Assembly (NCBI RefSeq): GCF_006345805.1
Contig: NC_042997.1
Span: 157,356,001-157,420,000, forward strand
Length of the DNA: 64,000 bases
Origin: Octopus sinensis
Taxonomy: Eukaryota
Direction: 5' to 3'
Shown: piece after piece, positions 13,069 to 24,821 of the stretch
How positions within the stretch are numbered: position 1 is the stretch's first letter
How the letters are laid out: every line of letters begins with the position of its first letter
Made by a program: the position numbers and the translations under genes
Notes under the pieces: model-generated
The model's database searches: none
Told to the model about the DNA's origin: nothing
What the model saw: the letters and a program-made list of their open reading frames with translations, nothing else

Positions 13069-13247
13069 GCAATAATAATAATAATAATAACAACATCGAA
13101 AAATACCTTAGGAATGTGAACCCAGGTTCGAAATATCCCTAAGACACCTGATGAAGGCTGGAGGGTATATCAGCCGAAACGTTGTGTTAACAACAAACAA
13201 GATGAAAATAATGTACATAATTCCTCATCTCTTAAATATAGAACTGT
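12941..13247 (+). mobile_element. tRNA-headed SINE-like element with hammerhead-bearing tail, copy 1
   Basis: A-box tggcgtagtggtt, degenerate B-box gaattctattcc, (AAT)n spacer, then a tail collinear with 40611-40847. Confidence 0.8.
13143..13188 (+). ncRNA. Minimal type I hammerhead ribozyme motif
   Basis: GACAC-CTGATGA-A-GGCTG(GAGGGTATAT)CAGCC-GAAA-CG-TT^-GTGTT. Stem I is GACAC/GTGTT, stem II is 5 bp, stem III is the palindrome AACGTT, and the triplet is GUU. Confidence 0.75.
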
Positions 13248-13758
13248 GTTCATTTTAGGTTTCTAAATAAACAGAAATACCTAATTTCATTGTAAGTTTC
13301 TAAATAAACAGTAATACCTAATAAAATCAACACGTATCAGCTTACTGTTTCTTTTGTTTCTTCATTGATTGTATTCATTTTTCATCATTTAAAATAAATT
13401 GTTATATTAATATATTTGTCTGCATGTTTACTTTATGCGTATTTCAGTATTATATACTGAAATACAACCCTACTCCTAATCTAAATTTTTATGGATAGAA
13501 TTAACCTAGTGAAATCATAAATCCAGCTGAGTCAATGAGTCCCCCAAAATATATGAAATAAAAAATATGTAAAAATACTAACACAGAAAAAGCATAGAAA
13601 ATACTAACACACAGAAAAATATATAATATACTGACATACAGAAAACTTAAAACAAAACACGCGGATACAAAGAATCTCGTGGTGTAGAGCATCAAGTGTG
13701 AAAAAATCAACATAGACAACAGCGGCACAGACAACAGTGAACCACAACACAGCGTGCG

Positions 13759-13806
13759 GTTGTCATGGTAACAAGCTGCTAATGCCACGCTATCTGTTGA
13801 TTGGCT
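13759..13806 (-). promoter_or_regulatory. Candidate promoter module: RFX X-box plus CCAAT (NF-Y) box
   Basis: GTTGTCATGGTAAC at 13759-13772 and AGCCAATCA on the minus strand at 13798-13806, in non-repetitive sequence. Confidence 0.45.
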
Positions 13807-14384
13807 AAAATTACCCAAATTTCCCAACTTTAATTCCAAGTAACATACGATTCTTTAATTTACAAGATAAAGTAATCGGTTGATCATAATAAAAATTCAA
13901 AGTTGCATCGATACACCAAAATTGAAAGCAATCTGCACAGAATTAAGGGAAGCTCATCTTGCGAATGAGGCAGGCTAGATCCCAAACACGCATACATACA
14001 CATGCTCAAACTCACACACAACCACACACACAAACAAACAAATACACACACACACACACTCACATTTTCACACAAAGAGAATGTTAAAGAATGCTCAAGT
14101 GAGCGTTATTATTATCGAAGCCAATACAAATGTTTTATAGCAACAATATTAACATAGTGAATGCGGGCCTGAATCAGCATTATATAGCTATAGAATTAAA
14201 ATCACATTATTCAAAGGACGCGTGTCTACCCGCTAGAAATAAGAGTTAAACTCCTCATTTGGACCGCCAAAAAACATTAACAGTAAAAGTAACAGTTTCA
14301 ACAGTATACGGGCGAGCGAACCGAAAATAATCTTTCACATACCTATATAATATAAAGCTATATATTCAACGGAACAGGTATATA

Positions 14385-14517
14385 TGTTGACCGGTTTTGC
14401 CGAACCGCTAAGTTACGGGTACATAAACACACTAACATCGGTTGTCAAGACTTGGTGGAGGGACAAACACAGACACACCACAAATATATATATATATATA
14501 CACATACGCACAAATAG

Positions 14518-14552
<35 letters not shown>

Positions 14553-14553
14553 G

Positions 14554-14590
<37 letters not shown>

Positions 14591-14748
14591 ATATGCGACG
14601 GGCTTCTTTCATTTTCCATCTACCAAATCCACTCACAAGGCTTTGGTCGGCCCAAGCCTTCAGTAGAAGACACTCGGCTAAGGTTCCACGCTGTGGGACT
14701 GAACCCGGAACCATGTAGTCGGGAAGAAAGCTTCTTACCACACAGCCT
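14385..14748 (-). mobile_element. SINE family A
   Basis: Collinear with 2087-2424, including the internal (CA)/(TA) tract. Confidence 0.85.
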
Positions 14749-14816
14749 CAGGAAATGTTTTGAATATGCAAATGAAGCTCTTATTCCATTATGCCGGCCA
14801 CAGTCTATTTTTATCC

Positions 14817-14906
14817 TACAGCTCAATGCAGCTCCCAAAACTGGTTTACCGGTCAGCATCATTATACTTACTGATGAACCATTTTTGGGAGCTGCATCGT
14901 GCTGTA
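14817..14906. other. 90-nt hairpin (pre-miRNA-like or MITE relic)
   Basis: ATGCAGCTCCCAAAA/TTTTGGGAGCTGCAT 15-bp perfect stem, plus TACAGC/GCTGTA, TGGTT/AACCA and TCAG/CTGA. Confidence 0.5.
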
Positions 14907-15951
14907 GTATAAATATAGTAATAATAACAATAATCCTTGGATAGAATTTATAAACATGTAATGCATCGCTACGCACGTTTCCACAAATCACATGTGTCTT
15001 AAGATCACAGTCCGTATTCCTGGGATTATTACAGCGTAGTCCGTAGTATCCGTGGACATCTGGTAGATCATCTTCATGGGTTCATTTCTGCAGGCGATAT
15101 AACATTAAAGGATGTTTAACTGATGATTGTTTATCTCTTTTGACTTGTGTATACATTGGCGCCAGCATGGTTGTGTGATAAGAAATTTACTTTCTAACCT
15201 CATGGTTCTGCGTTCAGTCCTACTGCGTGGCATCTTGGGGAGCTGTTCATCTACTACAGCACAATAGCCCCGGAATTTGCGAGTGGACTTTTGTAGACAG
15301 AAACTGCAAGAATCCCGTCGTATGTGTGTCAATGTGTGTTTATATATGTATATAGATACACATAGATATGGCTATATGTATGTATGTGTATATATATAGC
15401 TCTATGTGCGTGTATGTATGTGTGTGTGCGTGTGTTTGCCACCTCAACCATTGCATTAGTTGTTTAGTCTCTGTAACTTAGCGGTTCAACAAAAAATTCG
15501 ATGGACTAAGTGCCTGACGCCAATGAATAGAAAGAGGGTTCGATTCGTTTGATTAAACTCCTTCACTTCAGTGCCCTACTATGGCCGCAGTCCAATAACT
15601 GAAACAAGATTTAATGGGTCATTAGTAAAGAATGCGCGGCGTTTTGAGGCCTTCCACTCGACGGCATTAATACGCACCGATTCCGTCACTGCTACTGTCA
15701 TTTGACTGCGGCCATGCTGGGACACTGCCTTCAAGTACTTATCTATATATATTTATATTTCTATGTAAGTGTGTGTGTGTGTGTGTGCGTGCGTCTGTGC
15801 GTCTCCAGGGACACATACTAAGGAATTCATAGTTCCTAGTCTCACCACGAAACATCAACCTCTACACTTCACACACCTTCCGATTGCGCTAACTTACACA
15901 TACAAAGGCGGTGCTCCAACATAGCCGCAATTAAATGACTGAAACAAAGAG

Positions 15952-16155
15952 TAAGGCGAGCTGGCAGAAACGTTAACACGCCGGGCGAAATGCTAATCGG
16001 TATTTCGTCGGTTCTGAGTTCAAATTCCGCCGAGGTCGACTTTGCTTTTCATCCTTTCGGGGTCGATAAATTAAGTACCAGTTACGCACTGGAGTCGATG
16101 TAATCGACTTAATCCCTTTGTCTGTCCTTGTTTGTCCCCTCTATGTGGGCAATAA
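15952..16155 (+). mobile_element. SINE family B
   Basis: Collinear with 7643-7875. Confidence 0.85.
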
Positions 16156-16275
16156 AGAAATATGAAACAAATAAAAGAGTAAAAAATACACAAAAAAGAA
16201 AAGAAAGCAAAAACGTAAATTCCATTAAAGGACATTGGCACTGTCTCAATCTCAAAGAATTTTCCTCTCACTAAC

Positions 16276-16327
16276 CCGCTTTCGTGATGAACAAGTATAA
16301 GAAAATTAATGCACCACTGAGCTTCAT
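16276..16327 (-). CDS. Candidate signal-peptide first exon, MKLSGALIFLYLFITKA
   Basis: gaaATG start, basic then hydrophobic core, and a phase-1 donor G|gttagt. Could be chance. Confidence 0.22.
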
Positions 16328-16694
16328 TTCCACAACCAAACGTCAATTACCGCGAGAGTCATAAACTAGCTAACTAACTCACAAATTAAACCTATCAACA
16401 TTTACGTTTTCTAATCACATAAACAGAAATCTTTACATAAGAAAAAGAACGAGAATAAGAATAAAATCAAACAACGGAAATATGTAGTTTATATTAGCAT
16501 ACAGCTAGAAGGAAGGAAACTAATTTTAAATCTCTTTCGTTTCGGACAGTTCTAATAGATTGTGATGTGAGTATCTTCCATCTTAGTGTTCGAGTATTCC
16601 CTGTCTCATTGTCACTCAAATTCTTTAACTACCTTCCTCTTTTTTCATGTCCACTATATTTACAAGTATACACACATAGAATCACACACATATG

Positions 16695-16750
<56 letters not shown>

Positions 16751-17084
16751 AATTTGAGGAAGCAATATCCCCGGAAGGGATTGTTAAAAACAATTAAGCT
16801 GCCAAATATACTATCCGAAAACATACCTTTCCTGATGATATCCGACAATATATCGTTTATTGCATCTATAAAAGTAACAATTATTAATGATTCAAACATA
16901 CTGTCAGATTGAAACATATGTAGAATTTTTGGGGGATATTTTGGGGTTGCTTTGTTGATGCGGTTCCTTTTATACTTGTTCTTATAGAGATATCTTTTAA
17001 TCGTTTAATTCGTATTACTTTTCCATTGTGATAAAATGACCCAAGCATCTATTATATATTTTTTCTTCTACATTTTTTATTGAC

Positions 17085-17116
<32 letters not shown>

Positions 17117-17206
17117 CATATGTGTGTGTGTGTGTGTGTGTGTGGCGTGTGAGTGTATACACACAGACAGACATACATATATACATAATGCATATATATA
17201 TATATA

Positions 17207-17758
17207 TACAATCAAAACTCCCCCCGTCCAATGGACGGTGCTGAGTTGTCAAACATTTAAATCAAATTTTCTCAAAACAACTTGTCCGACCGTCCCATAG
17301 GTCTCCCCTTCGAGAAACACTGATTTAACATAAATTTGAGACATCAGCAAAAGAAGAAATAAAGACTTTTTTCTATTCCAAAGAAAAACGATTTTATTCA
17401 CACAAACATGCAACCGAAGAATTTAAAATTCAGTAATGATAGGGCTGTTCACTGGGAGAACACAAACATGGTGTAAATAGTAAGCTTGGCAGGAAAGAAA
17501 CGTGCCTTTAAGCAGTACGAAAACTAAAAAAAAATGAAAGGTGCAGTTATGTACAGGTTGACGGAAGAAAAGCAGGACAAAAACGGCTTTATCGATCGCA
17601 TTCTCACCTGGAATCAATTTTTGTAATTTTTTCAAGACTTATACACGCCCTGATACCGTCGGTATCTACATATTAAATTTGAACGCAATCGGATGGAGGA
17701 TGCTCGAGATCCTAGAAGACACACACACAGACAGACAGAACGGATTTTATATAATAGA
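17207..17758 (-). mobile_element. Non-autonomous Helitron-like element
   Basis: Minus strand starts A|TCTATTATATAAAATCCGTTCTGTCTGTCTGTGTG. A GC hairpin CCGTCC-AAT-GGACGG (17224-17238) lies about 15 nt from the other end. The CTRR terminus is degenerate. Confidence 0.55.
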
Positions 17759-17914
17759 TATTCACACATATAGATATGCATACACACATACACATATCTG
17801 AAAATGATATATATATATATCTACACAAATATACATGTATCTATACATCAATACTAATACCTAGAGAAAACACATATATGCTGTTGGTAGGGCAGAACTC
17901 CATTTCTGAATGCA

Positions 17915-18660
17915 GGATCCAATTTCTCAGCGGATACCGAAAGACCTCTAAAAGTGTTTTTGATCACTTCTGACATAACACCAGAGTTACACGGGACCAG
18001 TCACCGATGTAGACGACGGAACTTCTTCACAACAGCATGAGATTATTGAGTAAACTGTTATCGCTATCAACTTCAACACTCAGAGGTACCGGCAAAAGAT
18101 AACTTCAAATCCTTCGTAGGAGTAAATATAACCGGAGATATGAATCTTAAGTCATTGCTTGATTATCATTCTTACACTCCCAAAACAATGAAAACCGTTT
18201 CCAAATCTCGTTTGCCTGTTATATAACAAGTACTTGGATTGCACACTAATTTTTCTTTTTTTTTTATTGAATAGAAAGCAAGGCGAAAATAATTCAAGCA
18301 ACATCTCTGATGTTCAATCAAATGTTACTATGAAAAGAATTATTTCAAACCCAAGGCACTTCTGATATTGGCCGACCCCGAGTCATTCTTCAAATCTCGA
18401 TTCACTGCAAACGTAACGAACTTTACAAGTTTTTAATTACATCAAAAACAACTTCGATACTGCAGTTTATAGATTAGGGAGTTATTTTTGTTTCTAAGGT
18501 ATATTATCTTAAAAGAACAGTGAGTCAGTTGATTACAGTGAACGGTGATATATATCACTCCATCAAAGAATTCTGGAAAAGTTACAACATTATGCAAGCA
18601 ATTAAAAAACATTAAAGTCGCCCTGGGGGAAGGTAAATACACGTGTCAATTGGGTTTAGA
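17915..18660 (+). pseudogene. Tigger/pogo DDE_1 transposase fossil
   Basis: GVNITGDMNLKSLLDYHSYTPKTMKTVSKSRLPVI, LQFID*GVIFVSKVYYLKRT and IKEFWKSYNIMQAIK match Tigger motifs GDFKLKPLL..HSENPRALK, QPMDQGVIATFKAYYLRRT and EFWKDYNI. Confidence 0.8.
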
Positions 18661-18699
18661 ACATCTTGTGTCCTGAGGAAGACTATAGGGTAGAGGTTG

Positions 18700-19383
18700 A
18701 AACAGTCTCAAACAGCAATAGCCTTGTATAAAAGACGAAATTTCTCTAACTGGAGAAATGACAGATGGTTATGCCGGTGTGCAATCCATCTTATATCCCC
18801 AGAGTGATGTACACTAAGTTACCAGGAACTGCGATGGTTTGAGAAGTTGTAAATAACGAAAGTCATATCATATCACCTCACATCTCTCCATAGGGTCTTA
18901 GAGTTAATGCTGCTGGATACTTCCAGGTGCGGAAAACAGTTGTTAAGCCCGATGAATAGATTACACCGTGGAAGGTCAAGACTCGGCACTTTGTCACGAA
19001 GCACCCGTCACTAAAGAATGGATATCAGGCAACCTTTACGATCATTTAGCTTGTGACCTCCAAACTCACCAGATTTAAATGCTAGTGTCTACTATCTTCA
19101 GAGGGTTGTTGAAAGGAAAATTATCAACATCCACACAATGTCACAGTTTCACTAGAGACCACCATTGTCCGGTGATGCTTGAAATGGCTATGGAACATTT
19201 AGCGTAGGCATGTCTACGATTCCGATCCCGCATTAAAGCAGTCATCGAAGCTGCAGACAGATTCATAGAATATTTTTATGAGAAATCTTATCCAGAACAT
19301 CTGCACAATTTTTGTTTTAATTAAAAATACATTTTTTTTGCTACATTAGAGCATGTCCTCAAATACCTCTCAGATCCCGTGTA
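18700..19383 (+). mobile_element. DD37D (maT-like) Tc1/mariner fossil, 3' part with right TIR
   Basis: cctccaaactcaccagatttaaat gives PPNSPDLN; homologous to 36342-37260. It ends ..cagatcccgtg|ta. Confidence 0.7.
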
Positions 19384-19385
19384 TA

Positions 19386-19427
<42 letters not shown>

Positions 19428-20604
19428 TGTATGTTTGTTTGTATGCATATGTATATTATATATAAGTATACACACACAAACACATACACACATACACAAA
19501 TAGACACACACTCACACACACACACATACGCATATATATATACTCACATACATATCTGTGCAAATAAATATTTTAATATTTTATTGAAGATCGTTGACCG
19601 GGCGCAAACGGAATGTTTTTATATTAAAGCTTAGTGAGAACTTTATATCATTTACACTCAAGCTTACTTCTCAAATTGCAGTGGGAAACGTAACTAATCC
19701 ATGCAATGTAGGTATTTTTTTGCATGTAGCATTTCTACATGAAAAGTATGGGGCCACAGCAATTCGAACTGGCTAAATAGCAGATATGTTAAATTAAGCA
19801 GAAATTGCCACATTTAAAGTTTGGTGTTAGCGATGCATACATTTAAGTTTTTGTGGTAGAATATTAATTTTTGTAGACATGTGCATGATTGTGATTTATA
19901 ATATTTTGAACACAATAGATTTTATATAAATAGAGAAAAATATATATAAGATATAGAATAATAACACAAAAAAAAGGAAAAAAAAAGAATTAAATCAAAT
20001 TATCCAGAACAAAACCCAGTCTGGAAATTTGATATTAGAAATAAGTTTAAAATATGACGAATCTGTCACTTCTTAACTCCGCATTTCCGTTTCCAGTTGC
20101 AAGCTGTTTTAATTTATAATACGATTAACAGCCTAATTAGTTGCTGTTTGCAAAATTCAAACTTTACGTGTACTGTTTGTTCATAATGGAAATCATACAT
20201 TAATTTCCCGCTGTGGTTTTATATTAATTTTCCTCATTATATTAATGTCGTTATTATCTTGCTACATGGTCTGGCTAATGCCTTGGAGTAGAGCCGGAGT
20301 CCCACCGGGTCGATTCCGTGTTCGAGTCTTTATTCATGACTGTTATTATTAAACTTCAATTTGCTTACGTCTCTCTAACGCTCTCCCGAAAGGCATGTAC
20401 AACTAATCTGCCGCATTCCGCATTCATATGACTATTAATTTTAACTGAATATTAGTAACTAGTGTAGTACCTGTCAAAAATGGCGGGGTTTATTTGTCAA
20501 AGGAATGAATTGTGCAAGTATAATGTATGTCAGAGAATGAGATAGGATAGTACCATTGGTTTATATAAAGTGCGATAAAGACAGATCTAAGCTGATTTTT
20601 GAAG

Positions 20605-20841
20605 AATTTGTCTGACAAACCTATAGTTTTCTATCGAGCGTTGTATCTCACCGTTCTGTTATGGACCGCTGATCCTCTGTGCCCATGCTTAAAACCAATC
20701 CCTGAAGAATTACTTGGATGAAAGACAAATTTCTGATTGGGTAGCACGCCATTCTATCACAAGTAACTTTTACCACGAGAAAAATAAAACTCGGCATTAA
20801 TAACCAATAAGTTGTTTGTCATTTTATAATGCAACCACAGT
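20605..20841 (+). repeat. 237-bp direct duplication, copy 1
   Basis: Ungapped match to 21867-22103 with about 15 substitutions by eye. Confidence 0.9.
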
Positions 20842-20846
20842 GGGAG

Positions 20847-20887
<41 letters not shown>

Positions 20888-20941
20888 TGAGAGAAAACAT
20901 AGCTGCCTATGTGTAAGTAGAAGGTTGCACATTGAGTACTT

Positions 20942-21017
<76 letters not shown>

Positions 21018-21866
21018 TTGCGTGTGTGTATGTATGTGTCTGTGTCCGTTTAACTATCTGTCTACCTATAGATTGATTGATCGGTCAATGTATCACATTC
21101 ATATACTCCGTCATTATCTTACCTTTTTATTCGTTCACTGTCTCCCTCCTATTTTCTTTCTGCGCCTATTTGTCTGTCTATCTGCCTGTCTGCCTGCTTA
21201 TCTGTCTGCCAGTACTAATATATCTTATATATTGAAGTTTATCTTGCTAGCTGCTATTGTGGGAGTAAGTAATTGGTAATCTTCGTTCAATCATCAACTT
21301 GAATGCTTGTCAATTTCACTTCATCATCAGATCTTTTTGGTATAAGATCTTATGCATATGTACATATAAATATATGTAGATATGCATGCTTATATGCAAA
21401 TATATGAGTGTATTTATGTATGCGTATAATATATATATGTATGTATGTAGGTGTCTGTCATTCACACAGTGTCAAAGAACCAACAAAAATGTTACATAAG
21501 TTATTACATACTGTGGTTATTATTATTATAATGAGTCAGGTCTAAAATCGGTGTAGACTGTTGTTTAAAGTCATTCCATTTCACTTATGTAGTTGATATG
21601 CCAGCAAGTGTATGTATATTGCAAAATTCTATTGGATTGACGATAAGTTCGTTTTTTTTTCTTATTTATTTTAATCATATCCAATGCTATTCGAATTAAT
21701 ACGAAAAATATTTTTACTGTAGCGTCTTATGCTTTTTTTTTTTATTGTAGCTCTAGTTTTCCTCTCCAATTTTTATTTATCTTCTAGAAATTTAAATAAA
21801 TTTTACCACTTTTCGAATAAATGATGGTTGAGTGCCGAGTAGTTGGAGCTGCGGAGAAACCGGACA

Positions 21867-22103
21867 AATTTGTCTGACAAACCTATAGTTTTCTATTAAG
21901 CGTTGTATCCCACGGTTCTGTTACGGACCTCTGATCCTCTGTGCCCATGCTTAAAACCGATCCCTGAAGAATCATTTGGATGTAAGACAAATATCTGACT
22001 GGGTAGCACGCCATTCTATCACAAGTAACTTTTACCACGAGAAAAATAAAACTCGGCATTAAAAACCAATAAGTTGTGTGTCAGTTTATAATGCAACCAC
22101 AGT
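21867..22103 (+). repeat. 237-bp direct duplication, copy 2
   Basis: See copy 1; the boundaries are sharp on both sides. Confidence 0.9.
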
Positions 22104-22995
22104 TTAAAGCGGTTTAAGCCATCTTGTGGCGCCTACTCAAAATTAAGTAAACTGAAATGTAAAAATTTAAGAAGGCATGGACATGGAAAAGTGCTGGTGA
22201 CATGATAGAAATTGTTGAGATTTCTGTTGGCTCTCTATCGACTGTCCTTTGTTCTACAGTTTTTGAGAACTAATTGGGAATTAAATGCTAAGACTTTATT
22301 GTAATGTAATTGATATTAGGTATTTCAACCACACCACTTTGATATGAAAGACAGCTAAATAACTTATTTATCGAGTACTGAACAATGGAGTTACCGAATA
22401 TACTACTGAGCATCTGCAATTCCTTCTTCCCACATTCTGTCTGCTCACATTACTTCAGTCTGCTCAACTAAAATGAGAGCATGCCTGTGCTGGAACTTAT
22501 CTTAACTGAGTAGACAGGTACACATTTAATCTCTTTCATCGGCTACCACATCCACGATGTTCCACTGGATTAAAGATAAGCTGGATGGAAGTGTGTGTAT
22601 GTCTGTTCCCGACAACGAAGTCACCTAAAACAATTAGTAAAAAGATTTTACATGCGAAGTTATCACACTTGTAAATGACGGCTATGGTGGTTAGTTCTTG
22701 AAATTTTAGTAAACAAAACTTAATAAATATTGTAGCGTAGTGGTAATTTTGCAAGTCAGGAGTTGGGGATTCCCTACTTTGGTGTGAAGTTTCGCTTGAA
22801 GCCACACTTGGAAATATTCGTCATATACTAAGAAAAAGAGGTTATTTCTTAAGACGAAAACATTAAATTAACATACGTTACATACATATGAATTTGTAAA
22901 TCTAACGATTCATTATTTTTAATAGAATACATGCACTTCACCTAGCTCCTAATGAGATTACAATTTGCTGAAGGTATTAAAATCATTTCACGTAC

Positions 22996-23043
<48 letters not shown>

Positions 23044-23183
23044 ATGTATATATATATATGTATGTATATATATATGTGTATATTATAATTATTAGGGAAT
23101 ATTAGTTCCGAGTACACAGGAAAAAGACATTCAAATTAGATGTACTAAAATGAACATCTCTCAATGTTTAATTCGTATAAATA

Positions 23184-23349
23184 AAAGTAATTTTAGAGAC
23201 AGAACTACCTTCAACTCAATCAACACTGAAAGGTTTTATACCCGACCACTCCATAAAATGTAAAAATTTTAACATTTTATGGAGTGGTCGGGTATAAAAT
23301 CTTTCAGTGTTGATTGAGTTGAAGGTGGTTCTGTCTCTAAAACTACTTT
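23184..23349. repeat. Near-perfect palindrome with about 78-bp arms
   Basis: ttttagagacagaactaccttcaactcaatcaacactgaaaggttttatacccgaccactccataaaatgt versus its reverse complement; about 3 mismatches and almost no loop. Confidence 0.95.
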
Positions 23350-23410
23350 ATATATATATAATTATTATTATTAATATTATTATTATTATCATCATCATCA
23401 TCATAAAAAT

Positions 23411-24089
23411 GAGAGATCTAATGGATACAAATTAATTTATTAATTAATCGACATATTCACCTACATTTCACAAACAAAATTAAAATTGCAAAACATATAT
23501 ATAAATATATAATTTTGCATTTTGAATACCTTGTAGGGAAAATCCTCAAGGTGTACAAAGGACAATAAGGAGTATATTAGGACACGATTGGAATACACAG
23601 AATATATAGACACGTTTACTACATATTCCGTCTATACCAAACGTATCCTAATGTAATCCTTATTGTCCTTTGTACACTCTGGTGATTCTTCATACAAGCT
23701 ATTTAAAATGCAAAGTTATATAATCTAATAAAGGGGCATATAAGCCCTCAACAAAAAATAAAAAGGAAGGATTTCCTATCCGTGTGGGAATCGAACCCGC
23801 TGACAGGAAAGCCTTCTTTTTTCTGTCGAGGGCTTAGATGCCCCTTTATCAGACTAGTTTCCTTAGTCATTGCATGATGATCGCTATAATCTTTAAGCTT
23901 ATATAAATACCATTATTATTATTTACAGGGTTGTAAACTCGGCACTGTACAAAAAATAAATAAAAAAGACAATCGCAAAGTTATATATTTATGTAGGGTT
24001 TGTAATTTGAATTTTGCTTGTGAAATGAAACAGCTGTTGGTGAATATGTTGATAAATTGATAAATTAATTTGTATCCATTAGATCTCTC
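23411..24089. repeat. Nested multi-arm fold-back structure
   Basis: Outer arms 23411-23518 / 23975-24089 (terminal 29 bp perfect). Inner hairpins at about 23506-23723 and 23725-23852. Confidence 0.85.
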
Positions 24090-24445
24090 TGTTTTCTAAC
24101 TCGATAATAATGTTTGATATTTTACGATATTCTATAAACTATATTCATTGAAGGAATATTTCTTCAAAATTTAATACATTAAACAAATGTATCTTGGATA
24201 AATATCCCTATAAGAGGTTTAAATATCCTCATTGTTACTACACACACACACACACATTAACACTTAATGAAATTAATTTACAGAATTTCGAAAGATTATT
24301 ACTAGATGCCTCTATCAATCCGACTTTTAGGTCTGTTTTGGTCAATAGGATACTTTTATTGTTTCATTTTTAGGTTTAAAAGAATGATACGATTTCGGTT
24401 TCTCTGCAAATAAAATCATAGATCACTACATATTTGTATCCTACT

Positions 24446-24821
24446 GGAAGCACTCCGTCGGTTACGACGACGAGGGTTCCGGTTGATCCGATAAACGGAA
24501 CAGCCTGCTCGTGAAATTAACGTGGCTGAGCACTCCACAGACACGTGCACCCTTAACGTAGTTCTCGGGGATATTCAGCGTGACACAAGAGTGACAAGGC
24601 CGGACCTTTGAAGTACAGGTACAACAGAAACAGGAAGTAAGAGTGAGAGAAAGTTGTGGTGAAAAAGTACAGCAGGGATCACCACCATCCCCTGCCGGAG
24701 CCTCGTGGAGCTTTAGGTGTTTTCGCTCAATAAACACTCACAACGCCCGGTCTGGGAATCGAAACCGCGATCCTACGACCGCGAGTCCGCTGCCCTAACC
24801 ACTGGGCCATTGCGCCTCCAC
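24446..24821 (-). mobile_element. Full-length tRNA-derived SINE, family D, with 11-bp TSD
   Basis: Head tggaggcgcaatggcccagtggttaggg..cggtttcgattccc. Perfect flanking TGTATCCTACT at 24435-24445 and 24822-24832. Confidence 0.9.

Noticed and set aside
17915-18230. Exon-like open frames with plausible splice sites
   Set aside because: The best frame matches Tigger/pogo transposase motifs and contains in-frame stops, so it is a transposon fossil.
20477-20520. YY1-like AAAATGGCGG or start of MAGFICQRNELC
   Set aside because: A single short motif with no supporting promoter elements or joinable downstream exon.
20605-22103. LTR pair or TRIM interpretation of the 237-bp direct repeat
   Set aside because: There is no target-site duplication, PBS or PPT. 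Homology extends past the TG..CA dinucleotides, and the interior is microsatellite and unique DNA.
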